A stretch of DNA of 64,000 nucleotides, taken from an uncultured Chloroflexia bacterium (GTDB lineage: Bacteria > Chloroflexota > Dehalococcoidia > DSTF01 > JALHUB01). The translations under genes and the position numbers were made by a program. The notes below the pieces were generated by a model, which did not search any database, was not told the DNA's origin, and saw only the letters and a program-made list of their open reading frames with translations. Of the stretch, positions 20,820-29,049 are shown one piece after another. The first letter of the stretch is position 1, and each line of letters starts with the position of its first letter. Location: NCBI GenBank assembly GCA_963726245.1, contig CAVSBT010000015.1:224001-288000 (forward strand), written 5' to 3'.

Positions 20820-21440
20820 CTACAGGATGATCACCTGCGCCGCGTCGCCGACCAGGGTGGCGAAGCGCTTGGGGTCGCCGCCGGTGGCGTAGCCGTAGTG
20901 CATGGGGATGACCACCTTCGGCTTCAGGTCGCGCACCAGGGCAGCAGCCTCCGGCTCGTCCATCGTGTAGGTGCCGCCAATGGGAATAAGGGCTACGTCG
21001 ATAGGGCCGAGCTGTGCCATCTCGGGGACACGGCCGGTGTCGCCGGCGTGGTAGACGGTCTTGCCCGCCACGCTGAAGACGAAGCCCACGTTGAAGCCCC
21101 TGGGATGATGGCTGTTGTAGCCGGCCACGGCCCGGATCTCGATGCCTTTCTCGTTGGCGGTCTGGCCTTCCTCCAGGGCCACCACGCGGCCGTGGCCCTC
21201 GAGCCGCGCGGCGCAGGACGCGTTGGCGACGATGACGGTGCCGTCCTTGCTCAGCGCGGCGATGGTCGCCGGATCCAGGTGGTCAAAGTGCTCATGCGTA
21301 ATCAGGATAAGGTCTGCCTTCTCACCCTCCTCTATCTTGTGAGGATCGACGTAGATGACCGTGTCAGGGGTCTTGATGAGGAAGCTGCTCTGGATGAAGC
21401 GCTGGAAGTAAAGGTCGTCGATCGTGGTGGACTGAGCCAT
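20820..21440 (-). CDS. MBL-fold metallo-hydrolase (beta-lactamase B_3-like)
   Basis: THEHFDH, YHAGDT, PIGGTYTM, IPMHY; AGGAGG RBS before ATG 21440. Confidence 0.88.
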   Translation of the reverse strand: MAQSTTIDDLYFQRFIQSSFLIKTPDTVIYVDPHKIEEGEKADLILITHEHFDHLDPATIAALSKDGTVIVANASCAARLEGHGRVVALEEGQTANEKGIEIRAVAGYNSHHPRGFNVGFVFSVAGKTVYHAGDTGRVPEMAQLGPIDVALIPIGGTYTMDEPEAAALVRDLKPKVVIPMHYGYATGGDPKRFATLVGDAAQVIIL

Positions 21441-21534
21441 CCCGGCCTCCTTTCTGGGGGGCACAGCCGGACCGCTCGGCCGGAAGGGCCGGCAGGGGCT
21501 AAGTTGACATAACCCCATCGCCGATGCCGGCGGT

Positions 21535-21756
21535 CTAGACGGCTTCGCGGGCAGCGGCGACGCAATCGTAGTGAGTTAGTTCGTCGATGACCTCGGCGTC
21601 CAGATAGTCCTGGGCGGTCTCCTGACCCTCCGGGAAGCGGAGAGCCTGGCGACCGAAGTCAATCACGGTGAGAGGGGCGCCGCAGAGCGAGCAGCGAAAG
21701 AGAGGGGCGCCGCGCTGGTCCCGGACTATGCCTTCGGCCTGATAATCACGGGCCAT
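21535..21756 (-). CDS. Small hypothetical protein with CxxC...HxxC putative zinc site
   Basis: 73 aa with CSLC and HYDC; GGAGG RBS; co-oriented with downstream genes. Confidence 0.65.
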   Translation of the reverse strand: MARDYQAEGIVRDQRGAPLFRCSLCGAPLTVIDFGRQALRFPEGQETAQDYLDAEVIDELTHYDCVAAAREAV

Positions 21757-22056
21757 GAGCCGCCTCCAGGGTGCTGGGCGGGCACGATCCCGCCTGTGAC
21801 AAGTGAAAACGAAGGCGGCGTTGACCTGTTACAGTTCAGAATGGCGTAGCGCCGCCTGCCTGTCAAGCGCGTGACGAGCGGAGAAGGCGCCGCGCGCGGC
21901 GGCGGGCGTCAGCCAGCGCGTCGGACTGGGCGCGGGGCGCCGGCGCAGCGAGGAACCCCCGCAGTTCCCGGTCTCGCGCCTGGCTGGCGGAGCGGTTGAA
22001 GGATCGCCTTTGCAGAGCTAACATGGGCCGACAGGCCTTAGCCGAAGGGGGAAGAA

Positions 22057-22314
22057 ATGGCCGAGAAACTGACCATTCAGATCGAGTACTGCGTGCCTTG
22101 AAACTACCTCTTTAGAGCCGCCTGGATGGCGGAGGAGCTTCTTCACGCCTATAGCGACTGGATTCAGAGCCTGACCCTCGTCCCCAGCGGGCGCGGCCGC
22201 TTCGAGGTGACAGTGAACGGCCGGCTCATCTTCTCGAAGGCCGCCGAGGGCCGCTTCCCCGAGCTGAGCGAACTCACGCAGAAACTCCATGCGTTGATGG
22301 ACGCCGAGGCCTAA
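22057..22314 (+). CDS. SelW/SelT/SelH (Rdx family) selenoprotein with CxxU
   Basis: MAEKLTIQIEYC-V-P-TGA(22099-22101)-NYLFRAAWMAEELL...GRFEVTVNGRLIFSK...RFPE. The Rdx sequence continues in frame through the TGA. Confidence 0.88.
22102..22137 (+). promoter_or_regulatory. Candidate bacterial SECIS for the Rdx UGA
   Basis: CCGCC-tggat-GGCGG hairpin (22118-22132) with lower CTC/GAG pairs; 21 nt from UGA to the loop. Confidence 0.55.
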
Positions 22315-23049
22315 CCTAATCCGCTAACATGGCCCCCATCTTCCATGTTCGCACGTCAGGGCGGCGACCGCGGGCGGTGTGGCCTGCCGTCCCGTGCCGC
22401 GGTCATTCTGCTCCCCGCGGTGACACGCGTCGACGCCCACGCTTGCCCGCATCGGAACTCACGTCGCCATCGCGAGGAGGGCGCGAGCCCTAGCCGCCCC
22501 GGCCCCCAGGCCCGGGCCGGAAGCGCTATTTGAACGTGAAAGTACTGCGCACTATAACTCTTACGTTAAGTACAACTCCTGCGCTGGGGTTTCTGCCTGG
22601 GCGGCTCTTATGTGGCCGGCCGGCCGGAGCGGATGGCTCAGAGGAGTCGGCTGTGCCTACCGGCGGAACGTCCACCATGGGCTCGACCGGTTTCTCGGCT
22701 GGCTGTGGGCCGTCGAGGCCGACGGTCGGCGCTCCTTCTGCAATGTGGTCCGGGTTCTGAGCGTCCCGGAGCGGCCGCAACAGCGGCCTCGGTGGCGATG
22801 GGACGGCATTGGCAGCCAGATGGCGGCGAAGGTTGTTATGTCATGTTACGCTGGCGGAGCCCGCGCGGCCAGCTCCGGCTTGCGGGCGTATTGTGCGCTT
22901 GCTATTATACCGTCGGAGCGGGCCGGAGCTGGGCTGTGATGGGTCCGCAGGGTTGTCCGGGGCTGGGATTGCCTAGAACGGGTGTGCTGGCTTCAGATGT
23001 GACTCCCCTATCGCAGGTCGATTGCCAAGGGGGTTGTCTTTCGCTCCAG

Positions 23050-23124
23050 GGCGACGTGGCCAAGTGGTTAAGGCGGGGGTCTGCAAAACCCCTATCGCCG
23101 GTTCGAATCCGGCCGTCGCCTCCA
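23050..23124 (+). tRNA. tRNA-Cys(GCA)
   Basis: Acceptor GGCGACG/CGTCGCC, U73 discriminator, CCA, anticodon loop CTGCAAA, GGTTCGAATCC. Confidence 0.96.
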
Positions 23125-23136
23125 TTCGATCCCACC

Positions 23137-23171
23137 GGCTCAGGACCACCCCGGTTCTGAGCCCGTTCTTT
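23137..23171 (+). terminator. Terminator-like hairpin between the tRNAs
   Basis: GGCTCAGGACC-acccc-GGTTCTGAGCC followed by CGTTCTTT. Confidence 0.55.
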
Positions 23172-23188
23172 GTGGAGGTCGACCAGCG

Positions 23189-23213
23189 GTGGAGGGCTGA
23201 AGCCCTCCGCTAC
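23189..23213 (-). repeat. GTAG-type REP-like palindrome
   Basis: Minus strand GTAGC-GGAGGGCT-tc-AGCCCTCC. Confidence 0.55.
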
Positions 23214-23235
23214 GGCGGTGACGGCGGGGTTTCGT

Positions 23236-23324
23236 GCCGGGGTGGCGGAACTGGCAGACGCAGCGGACTTAAAATCCGCCGTTCCGTAAGGGACATGCGG
23301 GTTCGAGCCCCGCCCCCGGCACCA
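23236..23324 (+). tRNA. tRNA-Leu(TAA)
   Basis: Acceptor GCCGGGG/CCCCGGC, A73, CCA, anticodon loop CTTAAAA, long variable arm. Confidence 0.96.
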
Positions 23325-23545
23325 ATATAACGAACCCGGGGCCGCATCATGGCGCCGTGGATGCGAACTCGCCTCTGCCTTGGTCGCGCCGCACTCCCAA
23401 TGGCGTCGACCGTGCCCCTCGCAATTCTCTCCCCTTCGTAGCTGACGATCTGCACGATCCCTTCCGACAATACTACAGGAGGGTTTGCATGACGCATTGC
23501 CTCTTGTTCGACACGGCCAGAAGGCCGCCGGTATGACCTAGGTAG

Positions 23546-25789
23546 GTGATGAGAGGGATGTGGCGACGCCTAGTGGCCCCCTGCAAAGTCCTTAGCCTGA
23601 GGTCATTCCGAGGGCGGTCCATTCTGGCAGGTCTCGCGCTACTCCTGCTATTGGCAGGTGTGGCAGGAGTGGCTCTCTGGCGCGCTCAAAGCGAGCAAAG
23701 CGCACGCCGCTCACTGGAGCGGAGGGCCCTCGCACTCGCCTCTCTCGAGAGTGCCCGCGCTCAGCTCTTTCTTTCGGCCACGTTCACTGCCATTGCAGTA
23801 TTCGCAGACGACCCCGCGCCGCTCGTCGACCAGTATCGGCAAGGTCACATTTCGGTCACCAAGGACATACAGGATGCTCGAGACAAGCTGCTTGCCGCCG
23901 GAGGGCCGGATGAGGCCGCCCCACTGGATGCGGCGGCCGGAGAGGTGGAACAGCTTCTGGGAGAAGCAGACGCAGTCATGGCCTCTTTCCTCACTTCGAG
24001 CAGGGAGGCAAGGTTAGCGACAGCGCAACAAACCCAGGAGAAGCTCTGGCCTCCGGCCGCAGGAGTGATCGCCGAGCTGGAGCAACTGGCGCAGGAACAA
24101 GAGGCCATGCTGTCCGCCGAGCGAGCGGCGGTGGACCGCACCTCAGACTCTACCCTTGGGCTGTTGATCGGGTTTAGCGCGTTTGCCTTCTTGACAGCGT
24201 CTCTGGCACTCCTCACGCTCCTTCGCTCGGTGACACGCCCGCTCGCCGAGCTTCGATCGCGGGCCAGAGAGATCACGTCAGGGAACCTCGAGGCCAGAGT
24301 TAACGTGTCCGGCCCAGAGGAGGTAGCTTCCCTGGCGCACGACTTCAATGAGATGACGGAGACCCTGCTCGACAGGACGGCGCGGCTCCAGAAATCCGAG
24401 CGTCGGTTCCGCGATGTCCTGGAGGTCTCCCGCGACCTGATCTACAAGTTGAACCTGCAAACCCGCACCTACGACTACGTCAGCCCATCCGCTGTCCAGC
24501 TACTGGGCTTCACGCCCGAAGAGATCACTGCGATGGGCGTTGAGGGAGTCAAGGAGAGGTTCCATCCTGACGACAGGAAGAGGCTCCGGCCATCCCCGCG
24601 CGACCTGCCGGATGACGCTCCTGAGGGCCGCATGGCCGCGACAATTGAGTACCGGTTCAAGCGCAGGGACGGAGAGTACCGCTGGTACAGCGATGACCGC
24701 GCCTTCGTACGCGCCGAGGATGGGACGCTGCTGGCTTTGGTGGGGACAGTCCGCGACATCACCAACCGCAAGGCAGCGGAGGATGCCCTGCGCGAGAGCG
24801 AGGAGAAGTTCCGCGTTCTCAGTGCCTCGGCGCCCATCGGCATCTTCTCAACGGACGCCGAGGGCAAGTTCATCTACGCCAACGAGCACTTGCTTGGCAC
24901 ATTTGGGTTGCGGCCCGAAGAACTACTGGGGCGGAGCTGGATCAAGAACATTCATCCGGATGACCGCCAAGCGACAGTCGAGCAGTCGCTGAAGGCAGGG
25001 CGTGAAAAGCGTACGTTCTCCTGGGAATACCGCATCTTGAGGGCAGGGGGAGAAGTACGCTGGGTTCGCACAGTGGCGAGTCCAATACTATCCAGAGACG
25101 GTAGTCCCGCGAGCTATGTGGGCGCCGGTGAGGATATCACTGAGGAAAAGCGGATCGAAGAGGACAAGCAGAGGGCCTTTGAGAACACGGTGATGCTGCT
25201 GGCGGTGGCCGCTGAAGCCCGCGACCCCTACACAGAGAGCCACCTGCTCAGGATCAGAGGCTTCTCAGAGGCGATAGCACTGGAACTGGGACTCAGCCGT
25301 CAGGAGGCTAGAGAAATAGGTCTTGGCTCGCTCCTCCACGATGTCGGCAAGATGCGAGTGCCGGACCCCATCCTTGCCAAGCCGGGGCCGCTCACGGCCG
25401 AGGAGTGGGAGATCATCAAGCAGCACCCCATATGGGGCCAGGACCTGCTGTCGTTGCAGCCCTCGCTGGAGACCGCTCGCCAGATCGCCCGCTGGCACCA
25501 CGAGAACTGGGATGGGACAGGATACCCGGACGGCCTGCGCGGCGAAGAGATACCCATCGGGGCCGCTGTCACCGCCGTCGCCGACTCATTCGACGCTATG
25601 ACGACCGAGCGGCCCTACAAGGACGCCTGGCCGCCAACACGCGCCGTCAAAGAGATCAGGCAGGGCAAAGGCCGGCGATACTCTCCCACGGTCGTGGAAG
25701 CGTTCGACCGCGCGCTGCGGAAGGGTGAGATCGAGAGAGTCGCGATGGCCAGCCCTCCCAGCATCTCAGACCTCGTCAAGGCCGCCTGA
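23546..25789 (+). CDS. Sensor HD-GYP phosphodiesterase (TM-helical sensor-TM-HAMP-PAS-PAS-HD-GYP)
   Basis: HAMP EVASLAHDFNEM; two PAS/PAC domains; EARDPYTESH, LHDVGKM, HHENWDGTGYP, ADSFDAMTTERPY. Confidence 0.92.
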   Translation: MMRGMWRRLVAPCKVLSLRSFRGRSILAGLALLLLLAGVAGVALWRAQSEQSARRSLERRALALASLESARAQLFLSATFTAIAVFADDPAPLVDQYRQGHISVTKDIQDARDKLLAAGGPDEAAPLDAAAGEVEQLLGEADAVMASFLTSSREARLATAQQTQEKLWPPAAGVIAELEQLAQEQEAMLSAERAAVDRTSDSTLGLLIGFSAFAFLTASLALLTLLRSVTRPLAELRSRAREITSGNLEARVNVSGPEEVASLAHDFNEMTETLLDRTARLQKSERRFRDVLEVSRDLIYKLNLQTRTYDYVSPSAVQLLGFTPEEITAMGVEGVKERFHPDDRKRLRPSPRDLPDDAPEGRMAATIEYRFKRRDGEYRWYSDDRAFVRAEDGTLLALVGTVRDITNRKAAEDALRESEEKFRVLSASAPIGIFSTDAEGKFIYANEHLLGTFGLRPEELLGRSWIKNIHPDDRQATVEQSLKAGREKRTFSWEYRILRAGGEVRWVRTVASPILSRDGSPASYVGAGEDITEEKRIEEDKQRAFENTVMLLAVAAEARDPYTESHLLRIRGFSEAIALELGLSRQEAREIGLGSLLHDVGKMRVPDPILAKPGPLTAEEWEIIKQHPIWGQDLLSLQPSLETARQIARWHHENWDGTGYPDGLRGEEIPIGAAVTAVADSFDAMTTERPYKDAWPPTRAVKEIRQGKGRRYSPTVVEAFDRALRKGEIERVAMASPPSISDLVKAA

Positions 25790-25938
25790 GCCGCTATTCA
25801 CCCTGCCAAGATACCAGTATCGATACGGCTGTCTTCTCTTCTCTCCTCGTACCTCTGGCACTTGCCTCGCCGACGGCAACGCCCCGATAATTGACGAAGA
25901 GATGACTCGGGAAACGACGTCCGCGCGCCGAATCCACC

Positions 25939-27168
25939 ATGCGCCACTCGGAGGCGGCCGACCGCGGCGCCGCGCCCAAGCCGCCCGTCGGCGATGTCGA
26001 CTTCAACCTCACCCCCTTCACGGTCGCCTGGGAGATAACCCGCGCCTGCGCCCTCAGGTGCGTCCACTGCCGCGCCGAGGCCCAGCCCAAGCGCGACCCG
26101 CGCGAGCTGACCACCGAGGAGGGCTTTCGCCTCATCGACCAGATCGCCGAGATCGGCGGGCCCATCCTGGTGCTCACCGGCGGCGACCCCATGATGCGGC
26201 GCGACATCTTCGACTTCATCAGGTATGCCGCCAAGGACCGCGGACTGCGGGTGGCCCTCGCGCCCAGCGCCACCGCCCTCGTCACCCGCGAGCGGCTGCG
26301 CAAGGCCCGCGACGCCGGCGTCACCCGCACGCACATCAGCCTGGACGGCGCCACTCAGGAGAGCCACGACGCCTTCCGCCAGACCCCCGGCTCCTTCCAG
26401 CGTACCCTGGAGATCATGGATGACCTGCGCGATCTGGGCATGTCGCTCCAGATCGGCGCCACCGTCAGCCGCCACAACCTGCACGAGCTGGACGCCATCG
26501 CCGAGGTCGCCGCCCGCTACGGCGCCGTGATGCTCAACTTCTTCTTCCTGGTGCCCACCGGCCGCGGCACCGCCGAGGACATGATCTCGCCGGAGGAGCA
26601 TGAGCGCGTCTTCAACTGGATGTATGACCTGGCGAAGACGGCCCCCTTCGACGTGCGCAGCACCGCCGCCCAGCACTACCGGCGCGTGGTCATCCAGCGC
26701 CGGCGCCAGGAGATGGCGGAGTCAGCGGCGCGCGGCGAGGAGTCAGCGGCCGGGCCCGGCGGCAGCATGCACCTCACCGGTGCCGGCTACAGCTTCGCCG
26801 GAGGGCTGGGCCAGTCGACCATGAAGGGCGTCAACGACGGCAACGGCTTCGCCTTCATCAATCACATCGGCGAGGTCTGCCCCAGCGGCTTCCTCCAAGT
26901 CCCCGCCGGCAGCGTCCGCCGCCAGAGCTTCGTCGAGATCTACCGCGACTCGCCGCTGTTCCGGGAGCTGCGCGACTACACCAAGCTCAAGGGCCGCTGC
27001 GGCGTCTGCGACTTCCGTGACGTGTGCGGAGGCTCCCGCGCCCGCGCCTTCGCCGTCACCGGCGACTACTTGGAGACGGAGCCCTACTGCATCTACCTGC
27101 CGCCCGCCTGGAAAGAGGCGGCGGCGGCGCCCTCGGGCGGAGTCACGCCCGTCGGCGGCAGGCGGTAG
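25939..27168 (+). CDS. Radical SAM/SPASM protein, NirJ/AhbD-like heme biosynthesis family
   Basis: WEITRACALRCVHCRA, LTGGDP, C-terminal CGVCDFRDVCGGSRARA...PYC; directly upstream of ahbAB. Confidence 0.82.
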   Translation: MRHSEAADRGAAPKPPVGDVDFNLTPFTVAWEITRACALRCVHCRAEAQPKRDPRELTTEEGFRLIDQIAEIGGPILVLTGGDPMMRRDIFDFIRYAAKDRGLRVALAPSATALVTRERLRKARDAGVTRTHISLDGATQESHDAFRQTPGSFQRTLEIMDDLRDLGMSLQIGATVSRHNLHELDAIAEVAARYGAVMLNFFFLVPTGRGTAEDMISPEEHERVFNWMYDLAKTAPFDVRSTAAQHYRRVVIQRRRQEMAESAARGEESAAGPGGSMHLTGAGYSFAGGLGQSTMKGVNDGNGFAFINHIGEVCPSGFLQVPAGSVRRQSFVEIYRDSPLFRELRDYTKLKGRCGVCDFRDVCGGSRARAFAVTGDYLETEPYCIYLPPAWKEAAAAPSGGVTPVGGRR

Positions 27169-27171
27169 GCC

Positions 27172-27693
27172 GTGATCGACAGCCACACATCGGGCGGCCG
27201 CCGCGGCCGGCATCGCCCCGCGGCCGGTGCTCCCGTCGTGCTCGACCGCCGCGACCGCATCCTCCTCAACCACGCGCAGGGCGGATTCCCCGTCGTCTCG
27301 CGGCCCTTCGCCGCCCTGGGCGAGGCCCTGGGCATGAGCGAGGAGGAGGTGCTGTTCCGGCTGCGACACCTGCTGAAGGCGGGCGCTCTCAGCCGCTTCG
27401 GGCCAATCCTCAATGCCCGCCAGATGGGCGGCGAACGCACCCTGGCCGCCCTCCACGTGCCGCCTGAGCGCTTCGACCAAGTGGCGGCCTTCGTGAGCCG
27501 CCTGCCCACCATCTCCCACAACTACGAGCGCGACCACCACTACAACATGTGGTTCGTCGTCTCCTCGGACGACGAGGCCGAGGTGGAGCGCACTCTCCAG
27601 GCCATCGAGCAGGAGACGGGGCTGCGGCCGCTGAACCTGCCTGCCCTGGAGGAGTACTTCGTGGAGGTCAATCTCCAGTTGCCGGTGGAGTGA
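27172..27693 (+). CDS. ahbA: Siroheme decarboxylase subunit alpha
   Basis: FPVVSRPFAALG, ISHNYERDHHYNMWF. Confidence 0.85.
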   Translation: MIDSHTSGGRRGRHRPAAGAPVVLDRRDRILLNHAQGGFPVVSRPFAALGEALGMSEEEVLFRLRHLLKAGALSRFGPILNARQMGGERTLAALHVPPERFDQVAAFVSRLPTISHNYERDHHYNMWFVVSSDDEAEVERTLQAIEQETGLRPLNLPALEEYFVEVNLQLPVE

Positions 27694-28202
27694 TGGTGCT
27701 GACGGAAGAGGAACGACAGCTCCTTCTCGCCATCCAGGACGGCCTGCCCCTGGTGCCCGAGCCCTACCGGCAGGTGGGCGACCGCCTCGGCATGAGCGAG
27801 GAGCGGGTCATGGAGCTGGTGCGCTCCATGCTGGCGGAGGGCAAGATCAAGCGCCTGGGCGCCGTGCCCAACCACTACGCCCTGGGCATCCGCGCCAACG
27901 GCATGGCCGTCTGGGACGTCCCCGACGACCGCGTGTCGGAGCTAGGGCCGCGCCTGGGCGGGATGCCGGAGGTCACCCACTGCTACCGGCGCCCCCGCCA
28001 CCCGCCCGACTGGCCCTACAACCTCTTCGCCATGGTCCACGGCTACACCAGGGAAGAGGTGCTGGCCACCGTGCAGCGCATCGCCCGCGAGCTGGGCCTC
28101 GACGGCCTGCCGCACGAGGTCCTCTTCAGCACCCGCGTCCTCAAGAAGCAGGGTACACGCGTGCAGGCCCGCCTCGGGCGACCGGACGGGTCTGGCGACT
28201 AG
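27693..28202 (+). CDS. ahbB: Siroheme decarboxylase subunit beta (NirH-like)
   Basis: QDGLPLVPEPY, NGMAVWDV, VTHCYRRPRHPPDWPYNLFAMVH; TGATG coupling. Confidence 0.88.
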   Translation: MVLTEEERQLLLAIQDGLPLVPEPYRQVGDRLGMSEERVMELVRSMLAEGKIKRLGAVPNHYALGIRANGMAVWDVPDDRVSELGPRLGGMPEVTHCYRRPRHPPDWPYNLFAMVHGYTREEVLATVQRIARELGLDGLPHEVLFSTRVLKKQGTRVQARLGRPDGSGD

Positions 28203-28268
28203 CCAATTGCCAGCCCCGCGTCCCATCGCGCCAGCGGCGGCGAAACCGATTTCGGCAGGAGGCGTCAA

Positions 28269-28721
28269 GTGGAAGTCGAATGGTTGATCCTGGCTGACTA
28301 TGCCGAGATTATCGGCGGCAAGCTCTACCTGATGGGCGGAGGCTGGGACAGGTTGACCGTGAATACCGGCTTCCCGTTCACGAAACCGATTGGGCTGGCC
28401 GCCGCGTTCCGGGTGCCGTGGAACGAGACGAATCGACCGCAGAACGTCGAGATCGAGATCCAAACCGACGACGGGGACTCCATCGGCAAGATGGGCGCCC
28501 AGTTCGAAGTGGGACGACCGCCGGGCATGAAGCCCGGGCAGAACCAGCGCTTTCAGCTCGCCGCGAACCTGTCGCTGCCCCTGGCGGGGCCCGGAAGCTA
28601 CGTCGTTATCGCTCGCGTCGAGGGTCAGGAGGCAAGTCGGGTGCCATTCAACGTCACGGCTGGCCCCATGCTTCAGGCTCGACAGCAGCCGGGGAATCCA
28701 GAGCACGGCCCTGGCGAGTAG
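28269..28721 (+). CDS. Conserved hypothetical protein (DUF6941-like)
   Basis: LADYAEIIGGKLYLMGGGWD N-terminus, beta-rich pattern, AGGAGG RBS. Confidence 0.7.
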   Translation: MEVEWLILADYAEIIGGKLYLMGGGWDRLTVNTGFPFTKPIGLAAAFRVPWNETNRPQNVEIEIQTDDGDSIGKMGAQFEVGRPPGMKPGQNQRFQLAANLSLPLAGPGSYVVIARVEGQEASRVPFNVTAGPMLQARQQPGNPEHGPGE

Positions 28722-28767
28722 TGCCTGGCAGGCGAGAACCCTCCTCTCCCGCCTGCAGCGAATCTCG

Positions 28768-28796
28768 TTGACAGCCCCTAGGGCATGACCTACAAT
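28768..28796 (+). promoter_or_regulatory. Sigma-70 promoter of the trehalose/glucan operon
   Basis: TTGACA-N17-TACAAT. Confidence 0.85.
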
Positions 28797-28829
28797 CACA
28801 AGCGACACCAAGGGGTGACGGACGAGTTC

Positions 28830-28968
28830 CGCCTGCCGGCCGGGCCTAGTCGCACCGGCAGCCGGGACGCGAGGGATCGAGCCCAGGAGGGCGAATTCCG
28901 CGCCCGCGCGTGGAGAGGGCAGAGCTTCAGCCCCAACCCCACAGTCAACCTCGCAGGCGCCAGAAGGC
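28830..28968 (+). ncRNA. c-di-AMP (ydaO/yuaA) riboswitch aptamer
   Basis: CGCCT...GCGAGGGA...GGGCGAATTCC...GAGAGGGC-agagCTTCa-GCCCCAACCCCACAGTCAACCTCGCAGGCG-cca-GAAG. Shows ydaO P1/P2 pairings, the 3' ACCC-ACAG-AAC-CG-AGGC signature and a CTTC/GAAG pseudoknot. Confidence 0.82.
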
Positions 28969-28985
28969 ATGCCCAGCGCGACGAT

Positions 28986-29013
28986 AGCCCGGGGCTAGCG
29001 CTTTGGGCTTTCT
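28986..29013 (+). terminator. Terminator hairpin of the c-di-AMP riboswitch platform
   Basis: AGCCCGGGGC-tagc-GCTTTGGGCT followed by TTCT; competing CGATAGC/GCTATCG pairing. Confidence 0.6.
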
Positions 29014-29049
29014 GCTATCGCGCTGCGGCTGCCTCCGGGAGGAGCGGCC

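Noticed and set aside
22315-23049. ORFs of 60-180 aa and a possible ncRNA before tRNA-Cys
   Set aside because: No motifs, RBS or codon bias; only a short GGAGCG/CGCTCC pairing consistent with a tRNA leader.
23236-25800. Integrative element at tRNA-Leu
   Set aside because: No integrase and no duplicated tRNA 3' end seen in the window.
28801-28830. Second RNA element (glmS-like or tandem aptamer) before the c-di-AMP aptamer
   Set aside because: Only a few nucleotides resemble known motifs; the core structure cannot be built.
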